41,145 nt of DNA from Candidatus Bathyarchaeia archaeon (GTDB lineage: Archaea > Thermoproteota > Bathyarchaeia > Bathyarchaeales > Bathycorpusculaceae). Numbering within the stretch: the stretch's first letter is position 1; each line of letters opens with the position of its first letter. Below, in pieces: positions 1 to 8,700 of this stretch. Below the pieces are notes generated by a model, which made no database searches, had not been told where the DNA came from, and saw nothing but the letters and a program-made list of their open reading frames with translations. The DNA lies in NCBI GenBank assembly GCA_038883715.1, contig JAVZLS010000013.1, positions 1-41,145 of the forward strand. Reading direction: 5' to 3'. The position numbers and the translations under genes were made by a program.

Positions 1-1160
1 TTCATGTAATCGGGATACCAAACAACCTCATGGGCTTCCTTTTCTACACGGTCTGTTAGGATGCGGGTTTTCATAAACCACTGTTTGCGCTCCAAAATTT
101 CTATTGGCGTTTCGCATCTTTGGCATATGCCTATCTCCTGCCTTATAGACTCAATTTTTTCTAGAAGCCCTTCAGCCCTCAAATCCTCTACTATGGCTTT
201 TCTGGCTTCTTCGACCGTTAAGCCCTTATATTTTCCGCCGTTCTCGTTTATCAGCCCATTTTCAGTCAGAATTGTGATTACGGGCAAGTTATGCCTTTTA
301 ACGGTGCGGACGTCCTCCTTGTCGCCGTAGGTGCAAATCATAACAACGCCAGTGCCGAAGGATGGATCAACAGCGTCATCTTGGATAATCCCCACATTGC
401 GGTTCACAATTGGCACTTTTATGCGTTTTCCGATGTATTTGTTGTAGCGGGTGTCTGTTGGGTTTACGGCCACAGCTACACATGCCGGTATAAACTCTGG
501 TCGGGTTGTGGCTATGAGAAGGTGTCCGCCACCATCTGCCAATGGAAATCTTATGTAGTGTAGCTTGCCTTCCCGCTCTTCATACTCCACTTCAGCATCT
601 GCAATGGCAGTTTCACATCTTGGACACCAGTTGACCGGATGTGTGCCCTGATAAATGTATCCCTTCTTGTAGAGGATTATGAAGCTCAGCTGGGTTCTCC
701 GCCAATAATCCGGGTCCATGGTGCGGTATTCCGTTGTCCAATCAACGCTGCATCCAAGCCTTACAATGCCCTCCCTCATCATGGCAATATATTTCTCAAT
801 AAGCTGCATGCACAAACTGCGAAACTTGTCAGGCGGCAGGTCTCGCTTACGAATGTTGTGCTCTCTTTCCACCTGAACTTCTATGCCTAAACCGTGGCAG
901 TCCCACCCCTGCGGGAAATAGACATTGTAGCCTCTCATGCGTTTATATCTGGCGACTATGTCAAAATAGGTCCAGTTTAGGACGTTCCCCATGTGGAACT
1001 CGCCGGAAGGATAAGGCGGCGGAGTGTCAATGCTGAAGACTGGAAGCTTATTATCTTTCCAGTCGAAACGGTATATACCCCAATCTTCCCAACGCTTCTG
1101 CCACTTCCGCTCAATAGCCAATATGTCAAACTCATTTGGCAAAGGCTTCATACTAGACAT
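1..1160 (-). CDS. valS: valyl-tRNA synthetase, N-terminal part; runs off the window edge and is absent from the ORF track
   Basis: Manual translation MSSMKPLPNEFDILAIERKWQKRWEDWGIYRF..IDTPPPYPSGEFHMGN (HIGH-like)..QGWDCHG..VNWCPRCETAIADAEV..ATTRPE..FGTGVVMICTYGD..QWF; open to base 1. Confidence 0.95.
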   Translation of the reverse strand, partial: MSSMKPLPNEFDILAIERKWQKRWEDWGIYRFDWKDNKLPVFSIDTPPPYPSGEFHMGNVLNWTYFDIVARYKRMRGYNVYFPQGWDCHGLGIEVQVEREHNIRKRDLPPDKFRSLCMQLIEKYIAMMREGIVRLGCSVDWTTEYRTMDPDYWRRTQLSFIILYKKGYIYQGTHPVNWCPRCETAIADAEVEYEEREGKLHYIRFPLADGGGHLLIATTRPEFIPACVAVAVNPTDTRYNKYIGKRIKVPIVNRNVGIIQDDAVDPSFGTGVVMICTYGDKEDVRTVKRHNLPVITILTENGLINENGGKYKGLTVEEARKAIVEDLRAEGLLEKIESIRQEIGICQRCETPIEILERKQWFMKTRILTDRVEKEAHEVVWYPDYM

Positions 1161-1180
1161 CCTAACAAACTTCGACTTTA

Positions 1181-1196
1181 GGAAAGATAAATATAC
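1181..1196 (+). promoter_or_regulatory. putative BRE/TATA promoter for the riboswitch-thiC transcript, in the divergent valS/thiC spacer
   Basis: GGAAAGATAAATATA about 20-30 nt upstream of the riboswitch leader. Confidence 0.5.
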
Positions 1197-1210
1197 AAGT
1201 ACATAACAAT

Positions 1211-1324
1211 TACTCCGCTCAAGGGTTTGGGGGAGCTGGGCGGTGACCCGGCTGAGAGGACGGCTGAGCGCCGTCGACCCTTAGAACCTGATCCGGGTAA
1301 TGCCGGCGGAGGGAAAATGGAGTG
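1211..1324 (+). ncRNA. TPP (THI-box) riboswitch
   Basis: Canonical order GGGG..GCTGAGA..GACCC..GAACCTGATCCGGGTAATGCCGGCGGAGGGA; P3 GCTGGG/CCCGGC, P3a GACGGC/GCCGTC, P5 CCGG/CCGG; directly upstream of thiC. Confidence 0.95.
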
Positions 1325-1392
1325 AACAGAGGTGCCTTCAAACTTCTCTAAACAAATAATAACAGTTCATTCCAGTTTCTGGAGGGTTTTAA

Positions 1393-2694
1393 TTGACAAC
1401 GCAGATGGAGGCAGCTAGGAGAGGGCAAATAACCGAGGAAATGCGAATAGTTGCAGAGGACGAAGGCGAATCTCCCCAAGCCCTTTGCCAGCGCATAGCA
1501 CAAGGCACCGTCATAATAACTCGCAACATTAAACGGGAAAACGTTCACCCGGTGGGGATTGGCAAAGGCTTACGCACAAAGGTTAACGCCAACATTGGCA
1601 CAAGTCCAGACCTATGCAACCTAAACTTGGAAATCGAGAAGGCCAAGGTTGCCGTCAAATATGGCGCCGACACCATTATGGATTTAAGCACAGCTGGCGA
1701 CTTGGACGAAATAAGAAGAGCCATAATCAAGGCTGTAAATGTGCCCATTGGAACAGTGCCGATTTATCAGGCAGCCATAGAAGCTACGAAAAAGAGGGGC
1801 GCAATAATCCACATGACAGAAGACGACATATTCAACACCATAGAGAAACACGCCAAAGACGGCGTTGACTTCATGACCGTGCACTGCGGCGTCACACAAC
1901 AAATCGTCAAAAAACTCGCGAAGCATCCTAGGCTCATGGGGGTTGTAAGCCGTGGCGGAACATTCCTAGCCGCTTGGATACTCCACCACGACAAAGAAAA
2001 CCCATTATACGCCAACTATGATTACCTTTTGGAACTGGCTAAAAAATACGATTTTGCCCTAAGCCTAGGAGACGGCTTAAGGCCGGGCTGCATATTTGAC
2101 TCCACAGACTGGGCTCAAATTCAAGAGCTGCTAACAATCGGAGAGCTTGTAGAAAGGGCGAGGGACGCAAACGTTCAAGTCATGGTGGAGGGACCCGGCC
2201 ATCTGCCATTAAACGATGTGGCTGCCAACGTTCAGCTTGAAAAATCCATATGCAAGGATGCACCCTTCTACGTGCTTGGTCCAGTTGTCACCGAGATAGC
2301 GCCTGGATACGACCACATTGTTGGAGCTATAGGCGGAGCGTTGGCTGGTTTGGCAGGCGCCGACTTCCTATGCTACTTGACACCGGCGGAGCATCTAGGA
2401 CTGCCAAGCCTAGAAGATGTTAAAGAGGGCGTTATAGCCACAAAAATTGCTGCTCATGCCGCTGACATTGCAAAGCTTGGAGCAAAAGCCGCTGCACGGG
2501 ACCTAGCTATGGCTAAGGCTAGGGCGAATCTCGACTGGAAGGGACAGTTTGAGAATGCCATCGACCCGGAAAAGGCGAAAAAGGTTCATGGACGCATAAA
2601 GCCGAAAAGTCCTGAAACATGCTCCATGTGCTCTGAATATTGCGCCATAAAAATTTTGAAGGAAGCCTTAAAGGCGGAGGGACAATGCCTATGA
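1393..2694 (+). CDS. thiC: phosphomethylpyrimidine synthase ThiC
   Basis: TKVNANIGTS, MDLST, SRGG, LGDGLRPG, EGPGH, YLTPAEHL, C-terminal CSMCSEYC; GGAGG SD and TTG start. Confidence 0.97.
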   Translation: MTTQMEAARRGQITEEMRIVAEDEGESPQALCQRIAQGTVIITRNIKRENVHPVGIGKGLRTKVNANIGTSPDLCNLNLEIEKAKVAVKYGADTIMDLSTAGDLDEIRRAIIKAVNVPIGTVPIYQAAIEATKKRGAIIHMTEDDIFNTIEKHAKDGVDFMTVHCGVTQQIVKKLAKHPRLMGVVSRGGTFLAAWILHHDKENPLYANYDYLLELAKKYDFALSLGDGLRPGCIFDSTDWAQIQELLTIGELVERARDANVQVMVEGPGHLPLNDVAANVQLEKSICKDAPFYVLGPVVTEIAPGYDHIVGAIGGALAGLAGADFLCYLTPAEHLGLPSLEDVKEGVIATKIAAHAADIAKLGAKAAARDLAMAKARANLDWKGQFENAIDPEKAKKVHGRIKPKSPETCSMCSEYCAIKILKEALKAEGQCL

Positions 2695-4052
2695 AAAGCC
2701 GAATTCCGGTGGCAATAACGATTGCTGGTAGTGACTCTGGTGGTGGCGCTGGAATTCAAGCAGACTTAAAGACTTTTGCGGCTTTAGGAGTCCATGGAAC
2801 AGTTGCCATCACCTCTATCACGGCTCAAAACACTTATGCTGTCCGAGCTGTTCAAGACTTGAAGCCAGAAATCGTCAGCGAACAGATTAGAGCTGTAGCC
2901 GAAGATTTTTGCATTGATGCTGGAAAAACAGGCATGCTCCACACGGATGAAATCATAAAAGCTGTGGCTTCAGAAGTCTCCAAATACAATTTTCCACTAG
3001 TTGTGGACCCGGTGATGGTAGCGAAGTCTGGTGCACCACTGCTAAAGCCCGAAGCCATAAACGCCCTAAAAGAGCATTTGCTTCCCTTAGCGACCGTCGT
3101 TACTCCCAACAGATTTGAGGCTGAAAGGCTCTCCGGCATTGAGATACAAAGCCTAAGGGAGGCTGAAAATGCCGCCAAGAAAATCTCCAAGATGGGACCG
3201 GAGGCTGTTGTGGTTAAGGGTGGACACATCGAAGGCGCAGAGGTAACAGACATCCTCTATTATAAAGGTAAGTTTCGGCGTTTCACATCGCCTAGACTGG
3301 ATGAAAAAACCACACATGGAACTGGATGCAGCTTCTCAGCTGCCATAGCCGCTGGACTTGCCAAAAAATTGGGCGTCCCAGAGGCTGTTGAAAACGCCAA
3401 GAACTTTGTGGCTTTAAGCATAAAGTTTGGCTTAAAAATTGGGAAGGGTTACGGTCCAGTTAATCCTATGGCTTATCTCTATCGCGAAGCCTCGAGGTAT
3501 GAGGTTTTGCTCAACTTGGAGGAAGCCAAGAACCTTTTGGAAACGCATCCAGAAGTTGCAGAGCTTATTCCAGAAGTGGGCATGAACGTTGCCATGGCTG
3601 TCAGATATGCTGAAAGTGTTAATGATGTTGCCGCCATAGACGGAAGAATCGTCAGAACATCAAGCGGTGTTAAGGCTGCCGGAAACCCGAAGTTTGGGTG
3701 TTCCCGCCACCTAGCCAAGTATTTAGTTGAAATTGTTAGGCACGATGAGGATAAGAGGGCTGCAATAAACCTAAGGTTTTCAGAGGAAACCTTGAAAATT
3801 TTGGAGAAACGCGGTTTAACTGTATCCTTTTATGATCGCTCAAAAGAGCCTGAAGAAATCAAGAAGATTGAGGGTATGACCATACCTTGGGGTGTGAAAG
3901 AAGCCATAAAAAATGTTGGAAAAGTACCAGATGTGATATATCATAGGGGCGACGTTGGGAAGGAGCCCATGATAGTTGTTTTTGGTAGGGACGCCCTTTC
4001 CTTGGTTAAAATGGTCGTGGAAATTGCTGGAGGGAAAAAGGGCGATGCATAG
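2691..4052 (+). CDS. thiDN: bifunctional HMP/HMP-P kinase - thiamine-phosphate synthase (ThiD-ThiN fusion)
   Basis: IAGSDSGGGAGIQADLKT, VVDPVM, HGTGCSFSA; C-terminal ThiN domain (IPEVGMN, FGCSRHLA, GDVGKEPM); ATGA overlap with the thiC stop. Confidence 0.95.
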   Translation: MKSRIPVAITIAGSDSGGGAGIQADLKTFAALGVHGTVAITSITAQNTYAVRAVQDLKPEIVSEQIRAVAEDFCIDAGKTGMLHTDEIIKAVASEVSKYNFPLVVDPVMVAKSGAPLLKPEAINALKEHLLPLATVVTPNRFEAERLSGIEIQSLREAENAAKKISKMGPEAVVVKGGHIEGAEVTDILYYKGKFRRFTSPRLDEKTTHGTGCSFSAAIAAGLAKKLGVPEAVENAKNFVALSIKFGLKIGKGYGPVNPMAYLYREASRYEVLLNLEEAKNLLETHPEVAELIPEVGMNVAMAVRYAESVNDVAAIDGRIVRTSSGVKAAGNPKFGCSRHLAKYLVEIVRHDEDKRAAINLRFSEETLKILEKRGLTVSFYDRSKEPEEIKKIEGMTIPWGVKEAIKNVGKVPDVIYHRGDVGKEPMIVVFGRDALSLVKMVVEIAGGKKGDA

Positions 4053-4053
4053 G

Positions 4054-4194
4054 TCATATTTGACGTTTAAGCCAGTTTCTAGCCCATTTTCGCAAGCACT
4101 CTTCAGAGCAGAAAACGTAGAGCTTATTCACACAGCATGTTTTGCGCACAACCGGTTTTCCGGTTATGATTTTTCCGCAGACTTGGCATCGCAT
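4054..4194 (-). CDS. 46-aa TRASH/YHS-like Cys-rich metal-binding microprotein (not in ORF track)
   Basis: MRCQVCGKIITGKPVVRKTCCVNKLYVFCSEECLRKWARNWLKRQI*; CxxC..FCSxxC signature; AGGT SD; fills the thiDN-thi4 gap. Confidence 0.8.
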   Translation of the reverse strand: MRCQVCGKIITGKPVVRKTCCVNKLYVFCSEECLRKWARNWLKRQI

Positions 4195-4264
4195 GTTTGG
4201 TTACCTAACGAGGAAATGGTTTTAAGCTGTATAAAGCTCTTCCTAAAGGCTGGAGGCATAATCA

Positions 4265-5062
4265 ATGGCTGAAAAGATCAGGGAAGTTGAAGAGGAAGTC
4301 ATAACAAGGGCGATAATCCGGAAAGCTATGGAAGACTGGATAGACTTGGCTGAAACAGACGTTGTCGTTGTTGGGGCTGGCCCTTCTGGTTTGACGGCGG
4401 CAAGACACTTGGCAAAGGCTGGACTGAAAACTGTTGTCTTTGAGAGGAAGCTCTCCTTTGGCGGCGGAATAGGCGGCGGAGGCATGCAGTTCCACAAAAT
4501 TGTTGTGCAATCGCCGGCAGACAAAATTCTCCGGGAAGTGGGCTGCAAACTTGAGCCTTTAGAGAAGGGACTCTTCATCGTGGACACGGCTGACATGATG
4601 GCTAAGCTGGCTTGCGGCGCCATTGACGCCGGGGCAAAAATAATTTTGGGCGTAACCGTTGACGACCTAATATATCGCGATTCGCCTACAAAGGTTGTTG
4701 GCGTTGTTGTCCAGTGGACATCGGTCATTATGGCTGGCATCCACGTTGACCCATTGGCTGTTAAAGCTAAGGCTGTCATTGACTGCACTGGTCATGATGC
4801 AGAAGTTCTCGCTGTAGCCTCTAGAAAAATTCCAGAACTGGGAATCACTATTCAAGGCGAAAAATCCATGTGGTCGTCCCGCGCCGAAGAGCTAACAGTC
4901 AAAAATACCAGGGAAGTTTGTCCTGGACTTTTTGCCGCGGGAATGGCTGTAGCCGCCATAGACCAGGCGCCACGTATGGGACCAATATTTGGAGGCATGC
5001 TCCTCAGCGGCGAAAAGGTTGCGCAGCTGGTTATAGAGAAACTAAAGGGCAAGGGCGCCTAA
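4265..5062 (+). CDS. thi4: thiazole synthase Thi4, His-type (sulfide-dependent)
   Basis: [21 protein letters not shown] (His in place of the yeast suicide Cys), [20 protein letters not shown]. Confidence 0.95.
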   Translation: MAEKIREVEEEVITRAIIRKAMEDWIDLAETDVVVVGAGPSGLTAARHLAKAGLKTVVFERKLSFGGGIGGGGMQFHKIVVQSPADKILREVGCKLEPLEKGLFIVDTADMMAKLACGAIDAGAKIILGVTVDDLIYRDSPTKVVGVVVQWTSVIMAGIHVDPLAVKAKAVIDCTGHDAEVLAVASRKIPELGITIQGEKSMWSSRAEELTVKNTREVCPGLFAAGMAVAAIDQAPRMGPIFGGMLLSGEKVAQLVIEKLKGKGA

Positions 5063-5068
5063 ACCTTC

Positions 5069-5200
5069 ATGGACTTTTGTGGTATCTGCAAAAAGAAAGC
5101 CGCAAATTACACTTGCCGAAGGTGTGGCAAGCGTGTCTGCAGAGACTGCTATTTCCACCACGGAATCTGCGTAGAATGTGCTAGGCTTTTAGGAAAGTAG
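5069..5200 (+). CDS. 43-aa zinc-finger microprotein with 4x CxxC (not in ORF track)
   Basis: MDFCGICKKKAANYTCRRCGKRVCRDCYFHHGICVECARLLGK*; starts 6 nt after the thi4 stop. Confidence 0.8.
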   Translation: MDFCGICKKKAANYTCRRCGKRVCRDCYFHHGICVECARLLGK

Positions 5201-5962
5201 TATCCTTTCAGGAGCATTGTAGACGTTCATCCGCTTTCCACGAACAAAGCCTATCAACGTTAAATTTGCCCTTTTGGCAACTTCTATGCCGGAATCCAGC
5301 GCCGCAGCTATTGAGGCGATTATTGGTATGCCAACCTTTGCGGCTTTTAGGACTATGTCGGCTGTCAGCCTTCCACTTAGGGTTAGGAAACATCCGCCGA
5401 AGTCCGTTTTTTGTAGGGCGCATTTTCCTATGACTTTGTCCACGGCGTTGTGACGCCCAACATCCTCTGCAAAAGCCAATAGCGTTCCGTCAGCCTTGTA
5501 GATGGCAGCAGCATGTACTCCACCAGTTTTCCTGAAAATCCCTGCCATGCGATTTAGGTTGTTAACGCAGTTCTGGACAGTTTCGGCCTTAACGATTATT
5601 TCCGAGTCTATTTTCTTTAGGAATTTTGGTGTTTGAGGCTGGTAGGGCCCTCCGCATGCTGATGGAATTATACGGGAGAGCCGTCCCGCAAGTTTTAGGC
5701 GAGTTTCAAGGTTTACGCTTGGTTTTAGGTTTACGTGGCATGTGTCCTTTTTAACCGATATTTTTTCGACTTCTTCAACCGCCTTAACTATGCCTTCTGC
5801 GAGAAGATGTCCCAAAACCAGTTCTTTTATGTCTTTAGGAGTGCACATTATTGTGGCGTAATGCCTCTTGTTTATGAAAATGTGGATGGGCTTTTCTTCA
5901 GCCACGTAATCCTCGATTTTCTGAAGTTTTTTGGCTTCGATGTCAATTTTAACTATCTCCAC
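5189..5962 (-). CDS. fdhD: formate dehydrogenase accessory sulfurtransferase FdhD
   Basis: VAEEKP, SACG, TGGVHAAA, EDVGRHNAVDKVIG, SGR, LIGFVRG. Confidence 0.93.
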   Translation of the reverse strand: MEIVKIDIEAKKLQKIEDYVAEEKPIHIFINKRHYATIMCTPKDIKELVLGHLLAEGIVKAVEEVEKISVKKDTCHVNLKPSVNLETRLKLAGRLSRIIPSACGGPYQPQTPKFLKKIDSEIIVKAETVQNCVNNLNRMAGIFRKTGGVHAAAIYKADGTLLAFAEDVGRHNAVDKVIGKCALQKTDFGGCFLTLSGRLTADIVLKAAKVGIPIIASIAAALDSGIEVAKRANLTLIGFVRGKRMNVYNAPERILLS

Positions 5963-5987
5963 TTTTGCTAAATTGGATACCCCCTCT

Positions 5988-6866
5988 CTATTTTTTCAGC
6001 TCCGAAAGCACAAAATCGACTATTTCATCTGCAATATTGACCCTCGTGACAGACTGTAAGCCCTTCCACCCGGGTTGACTGTTAACCTCCACCACGAGCG
6101 GGCCCTTTGGGCTTTCGAGGATGTCCACTCCTGCAATTTTGCATTTTATTAGGTGGGCGGATTTTACGGCTAACTCTTCCAGCTGGCTGTCAAGCTTTAC
6201 TGGTTCTGGGCGGGCCCCTTGGCTATAGTTGGTTTTCCAGCTTTTGGCAACTCGGCGCATGGCGGCAACCACGCGGTCGCCTATAACAAAGGCGCGGATA
6301 TCAGAACAGCCGTGAGGGACAAACTCTTGAATGTAGATTACGCCATGATAAAAGGTCACAGCTCTAAAGGCTGTGTAAGCCACTTCAGGGTCCTTTATGC
6401 GTGTCGAGCCTATACCCCTAGAGCCGAAAATGGGTTTGAGGACAACGTCTCCGCCAAGCTCATGAAACGCCTTTAAGGCTTCGTCAGCATCCTCCGTGAC
6501 AGCGGTCCGCGGCACTGGTATGCCAGCATCCTCCAGTATCGCAAGCAAATCGTATTTGTCAACGCAGTGTTCAATGGCTTCTGGAGGGTTAATAACGTAA
6601 AAGCCGAGCCTTTCAAGGCGATAAAGCAAGTCCATGCGGAAAACAATCTCCTCTAAAGAGCCGCGCCCAATCGGACGAATTATCAGAGCATCCAAGTCTT
6701 TCAAGACATCGACGTTACGCACGTTTAGGTAGGGCTTATAACCAACCCGCGCCACAAGCCATGGAAAGCTAAAACAGACATGGGGAATTTTGCGCTTTGA
6801 CAACGCTTCGCGAAGCTGAGCGGAGCTATAGGCGTTGGGGTTTCGCGTGACAATTCCAAACTTCAA
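5988..6866 (-). CDS. RimK-family ATP-grasp ligase, probable H4MPT:alpha-L-glutamate ligase (MptN/Orf5-like)
   Basis: KPIFGSRGIG, QEFV, DIRAFVIG, WKTNYSQG, GVDIL, EVNSQPGW; substrate inferred from C1 gene context. Confidence 0.8.
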   Translation of the reverse strand: MKFGIVTRNPNAYSSAQLREALSKRKIPHVCFSFPWLVARVGYKPYLNVRNVDVLKDLDALIIRPIGRGSLEEIVFRMDLLYRLERLGFYVINPPEAIEHCVDKYDLLAILEDAGIPVPRTAVTEDADEALKAFHELGGDVVLKPIFGSRGIGSTRIKDPEVAYTAFRAVTFYHGVIYIQEFVPHGCSDIRAFVIGDRVVAAMRRVAKSWKTNYSQGARPEPVKLDSQLEELAVKSAHLIKCKIAGVDILESPKGPLVVEVNSQPGWKGLQSVTRVNIADEIVDFVLSELKK

Positions 6867-6941
6867 ACTTACCGCCTTTAATAACCTATCCTAACGAGAA
6901 AAGCCTCAACGCAGAACTTTAAAGTTTCCATTAGAATGGGC

Positions 6942-7052
6942 TTATAGCCATTTGCTCATTTTTATGAAGTCTACGCCCCACCATTCTTTATGTAGTATAC
7001 TTCTGGCACAAATCCAAGCTTCAAGTATAACTTCAAGGCTGGAATTAAAACT
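6942..7052 (-). pseudogene. 3' relic of a GNAT acetyltransferase gene, frameshifted
   Basis: IPALKLYLKLGFVPE / frameshift near 7000 / ILHKEWWGVDFIKMSKWL* matches the GNAT C-terminal motif; no 5' part present. Confidence 0.65.
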
Positions 7053-7829
7053 TTAATACATGTTTAACAAGGCGGCAATATTTTTAATTAGCGTTGGTGT
7101 CTTTCTGTAGATTTTATCCTTCCTAAAGATGTCGGATTTGGGGATATCGTCTACAAAACTTTTATGCTGTATCGGATTGTCGGACACCATGTGGAATGAG
7201 GAAACCTTGAAGCCGGCCTTTTTAGCTTCTCGGTATAAATGGAATGTTTCCATGTCAACTCCTAAAAGATTCATCCGTTCGGCATAGGCGTAAAATTTTG
7301 AGTCCTCGGAGGTTATTGCGTCAATTGTGCAAAGGGTTCCCTCGTGAAGCAAAACTCCATTTTTTATGCAAAAGTCTTCCAGCAAACTTCTGTAAACGGA
7401 GTACAGCTCCTGTGAGTGACTCACTGCCTCATTCATGCTTTTGGCGTACGCTGGAATGGCTCGAACTGGCACTATTATGTTGCCTATCTGGATATCTCTT
7501 TTTAAGGCTCCAGCTATCCCGACTCCAACAACCCTTTCACATGAAAATTTTGTTAAAAGCCTAACAATGTCTGTGACTTCTGAAGAGCCACAACCAGCCG
7601 CGATCACTGTCGCATATGAATCATCACATTTTATGAGGGCGAGATTCCACCAGCCCATACTTCTTTTAACCACAAATTTTCGTTTGGCAATCTTTCCAAA
7701 AAGCCAGTGAATGCCCAGCGTTAAAATCACAGTCTTTTTAATATCTGATGGTGGACAGCCAAAGAACACTTCAGCTAGCTTATCGGAGCTATGGTCCATT
7801 ATAACACTCATTTCAACTACCCTAAACAT
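7053..7829 (-). CDS. nucleoside phosphorylase/hydrolase family (PNP_UDP_1)
   Basis: GCGSS, VGIAGALKRDIQIGNIIVP, GVDMET, VSDN. Confidence 0.85.
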   Translation of the reverse strand: MFRVVEMSVIMDHSSDKLAEVFFGCPPSDIKKTVILTLGIHWLFGKIAKRKFVVKRSMGWWNLALIKCDDSYATVIAAGCGSSEVTDIVRLLTKFSCERVVGVGIAGALKRDIQIGNIIVPVRAIPAYAKSMNEAVSHSQELYSVYRSLLEDFCIKNGVLLHEGTLCTIDAITSEDSKFYAYAERMNLLGVDMETFHLYREAKKAGFKVSSFHMVSDNPIQHKSFVDDIPKSDIFRKDKIYRKTPTLIKNIAALLNMY

Positions 7830-8679
7830 GATTATTTTTGGTTAACATTATTGTTAATACTTTAATAGTCCCAAGTGCACGACTCTCGATTTCAAAGAGC
7901 CCCATAGTTTTGAACATGTTCTCTTTTAATATCCTCTCCAAAGCGGATTTGACGAAAAACCATTCAATCTTCGAAGTAACATGCTGTAGCACTCGTGTCA
8001 GCACATCCACTATTCGGTTAGTTGAAAAAGCGTCCACTATGCAAAGCACCCCGCCGGGTTTTAGAACGCGACGGAATTCTTCAACAGCCGCTTTTCTTCC
8101 TGAGAATGTTTTAATCTCATGAATAACGCCACTGCAAAGGATCACATCAACAATGGAGTCTCTAAGGGGAAGATGCTCAACCTTGGATCTTATGACTTCT
8201 AAAGATTTGCTTAGCTCCTTGCCATATTTCAATGAAATATCATCGACGTCTACGCCTACCATTTCAAAATTTTTGCTACAGTGTTTTTGGAGCCTCAGAA
8301 TAAACCTTCCCCACCCGCATCCAGCATCCAAAACAATGGAGTTGGCGCTCCCTAGAAACTTTTCTAGCAACTCTAGAATTTTGAAGAATGCGCTCTGTTT
8401 TTTATCAAAACTTTTAGCGTCTTTAAAAATCTGTTTCACAAGCTCATTAGGACTTCCAAACATTTTCAAAGTTTTAACAACATCAGCCTCTTCAACAGTT
8501 TTTGCCCCTCTCTTTAAAGCGCCTTTTAAACTGTAAAACTTTATCTGGTTCTCAAGTTCAAAAAGCATGTTTTGTAAATACTCGGGTTTGACCTCTAACC
8601 TTGAAAACTTATACTTAAAATCCTTTAAATAATTCGCAATAATCCTTTCAGCTCTTTCATCAAAACTTAATTTGGACAG
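7822..8679 (-). CDS. class I SAM methyltransferase with N-terminal HAAS-like helical domain; probable CTG start at 8679 (track start 8568)
   Basis: VLDAGCGWG, GVDVD, LPLRD, RVLKPGG; frame is open upstream to GGAGG-N7-CTG. Confidence 0.8.
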   Translation of the reverse strand: MSKLSFDERAERIIANYLKDFKYKFSRLEVKPEYLQNMLFELENQIKFYSLKGALKRGAKTVEEADVVKTLKMFGSPNELVKQIFKDAKSFDKKQSAFFKILELLEKFLGSANSIVLDAGCGWGRFILRLQKHCSKNFEMVGVDVDDISLKYGKELSKSLEVIRSKVEHLPLRDSIVDVILCSGVIHEIKTFSGRKAAVEEFRRVLKPGGVLCIVDAFSTNRIVDVLTRVLQHVTSKIEWFFVKSALERILKENMFKTMGLFEIESRALGTIKVLTIMLTKNNHV

Positions 8680-8700
8680 AGGCTGGCCTCCTTGCGAAGG

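Noticed and set aside
61-1206. Five short plus-strand ORFs
   Set aside because: Antisense shadows of valS
4150-4165. Hairpin AACCGG-TTTT-CCGGTT
   Set aside because: Lies within the coding sequence (ITGKPV) of the microprotein; likely chance
3976-4272. Plus-strand ORF bridging thiDN and thi4
   Set aside because: No motif; it is the shadow of the minus-strand TRASH-like gene
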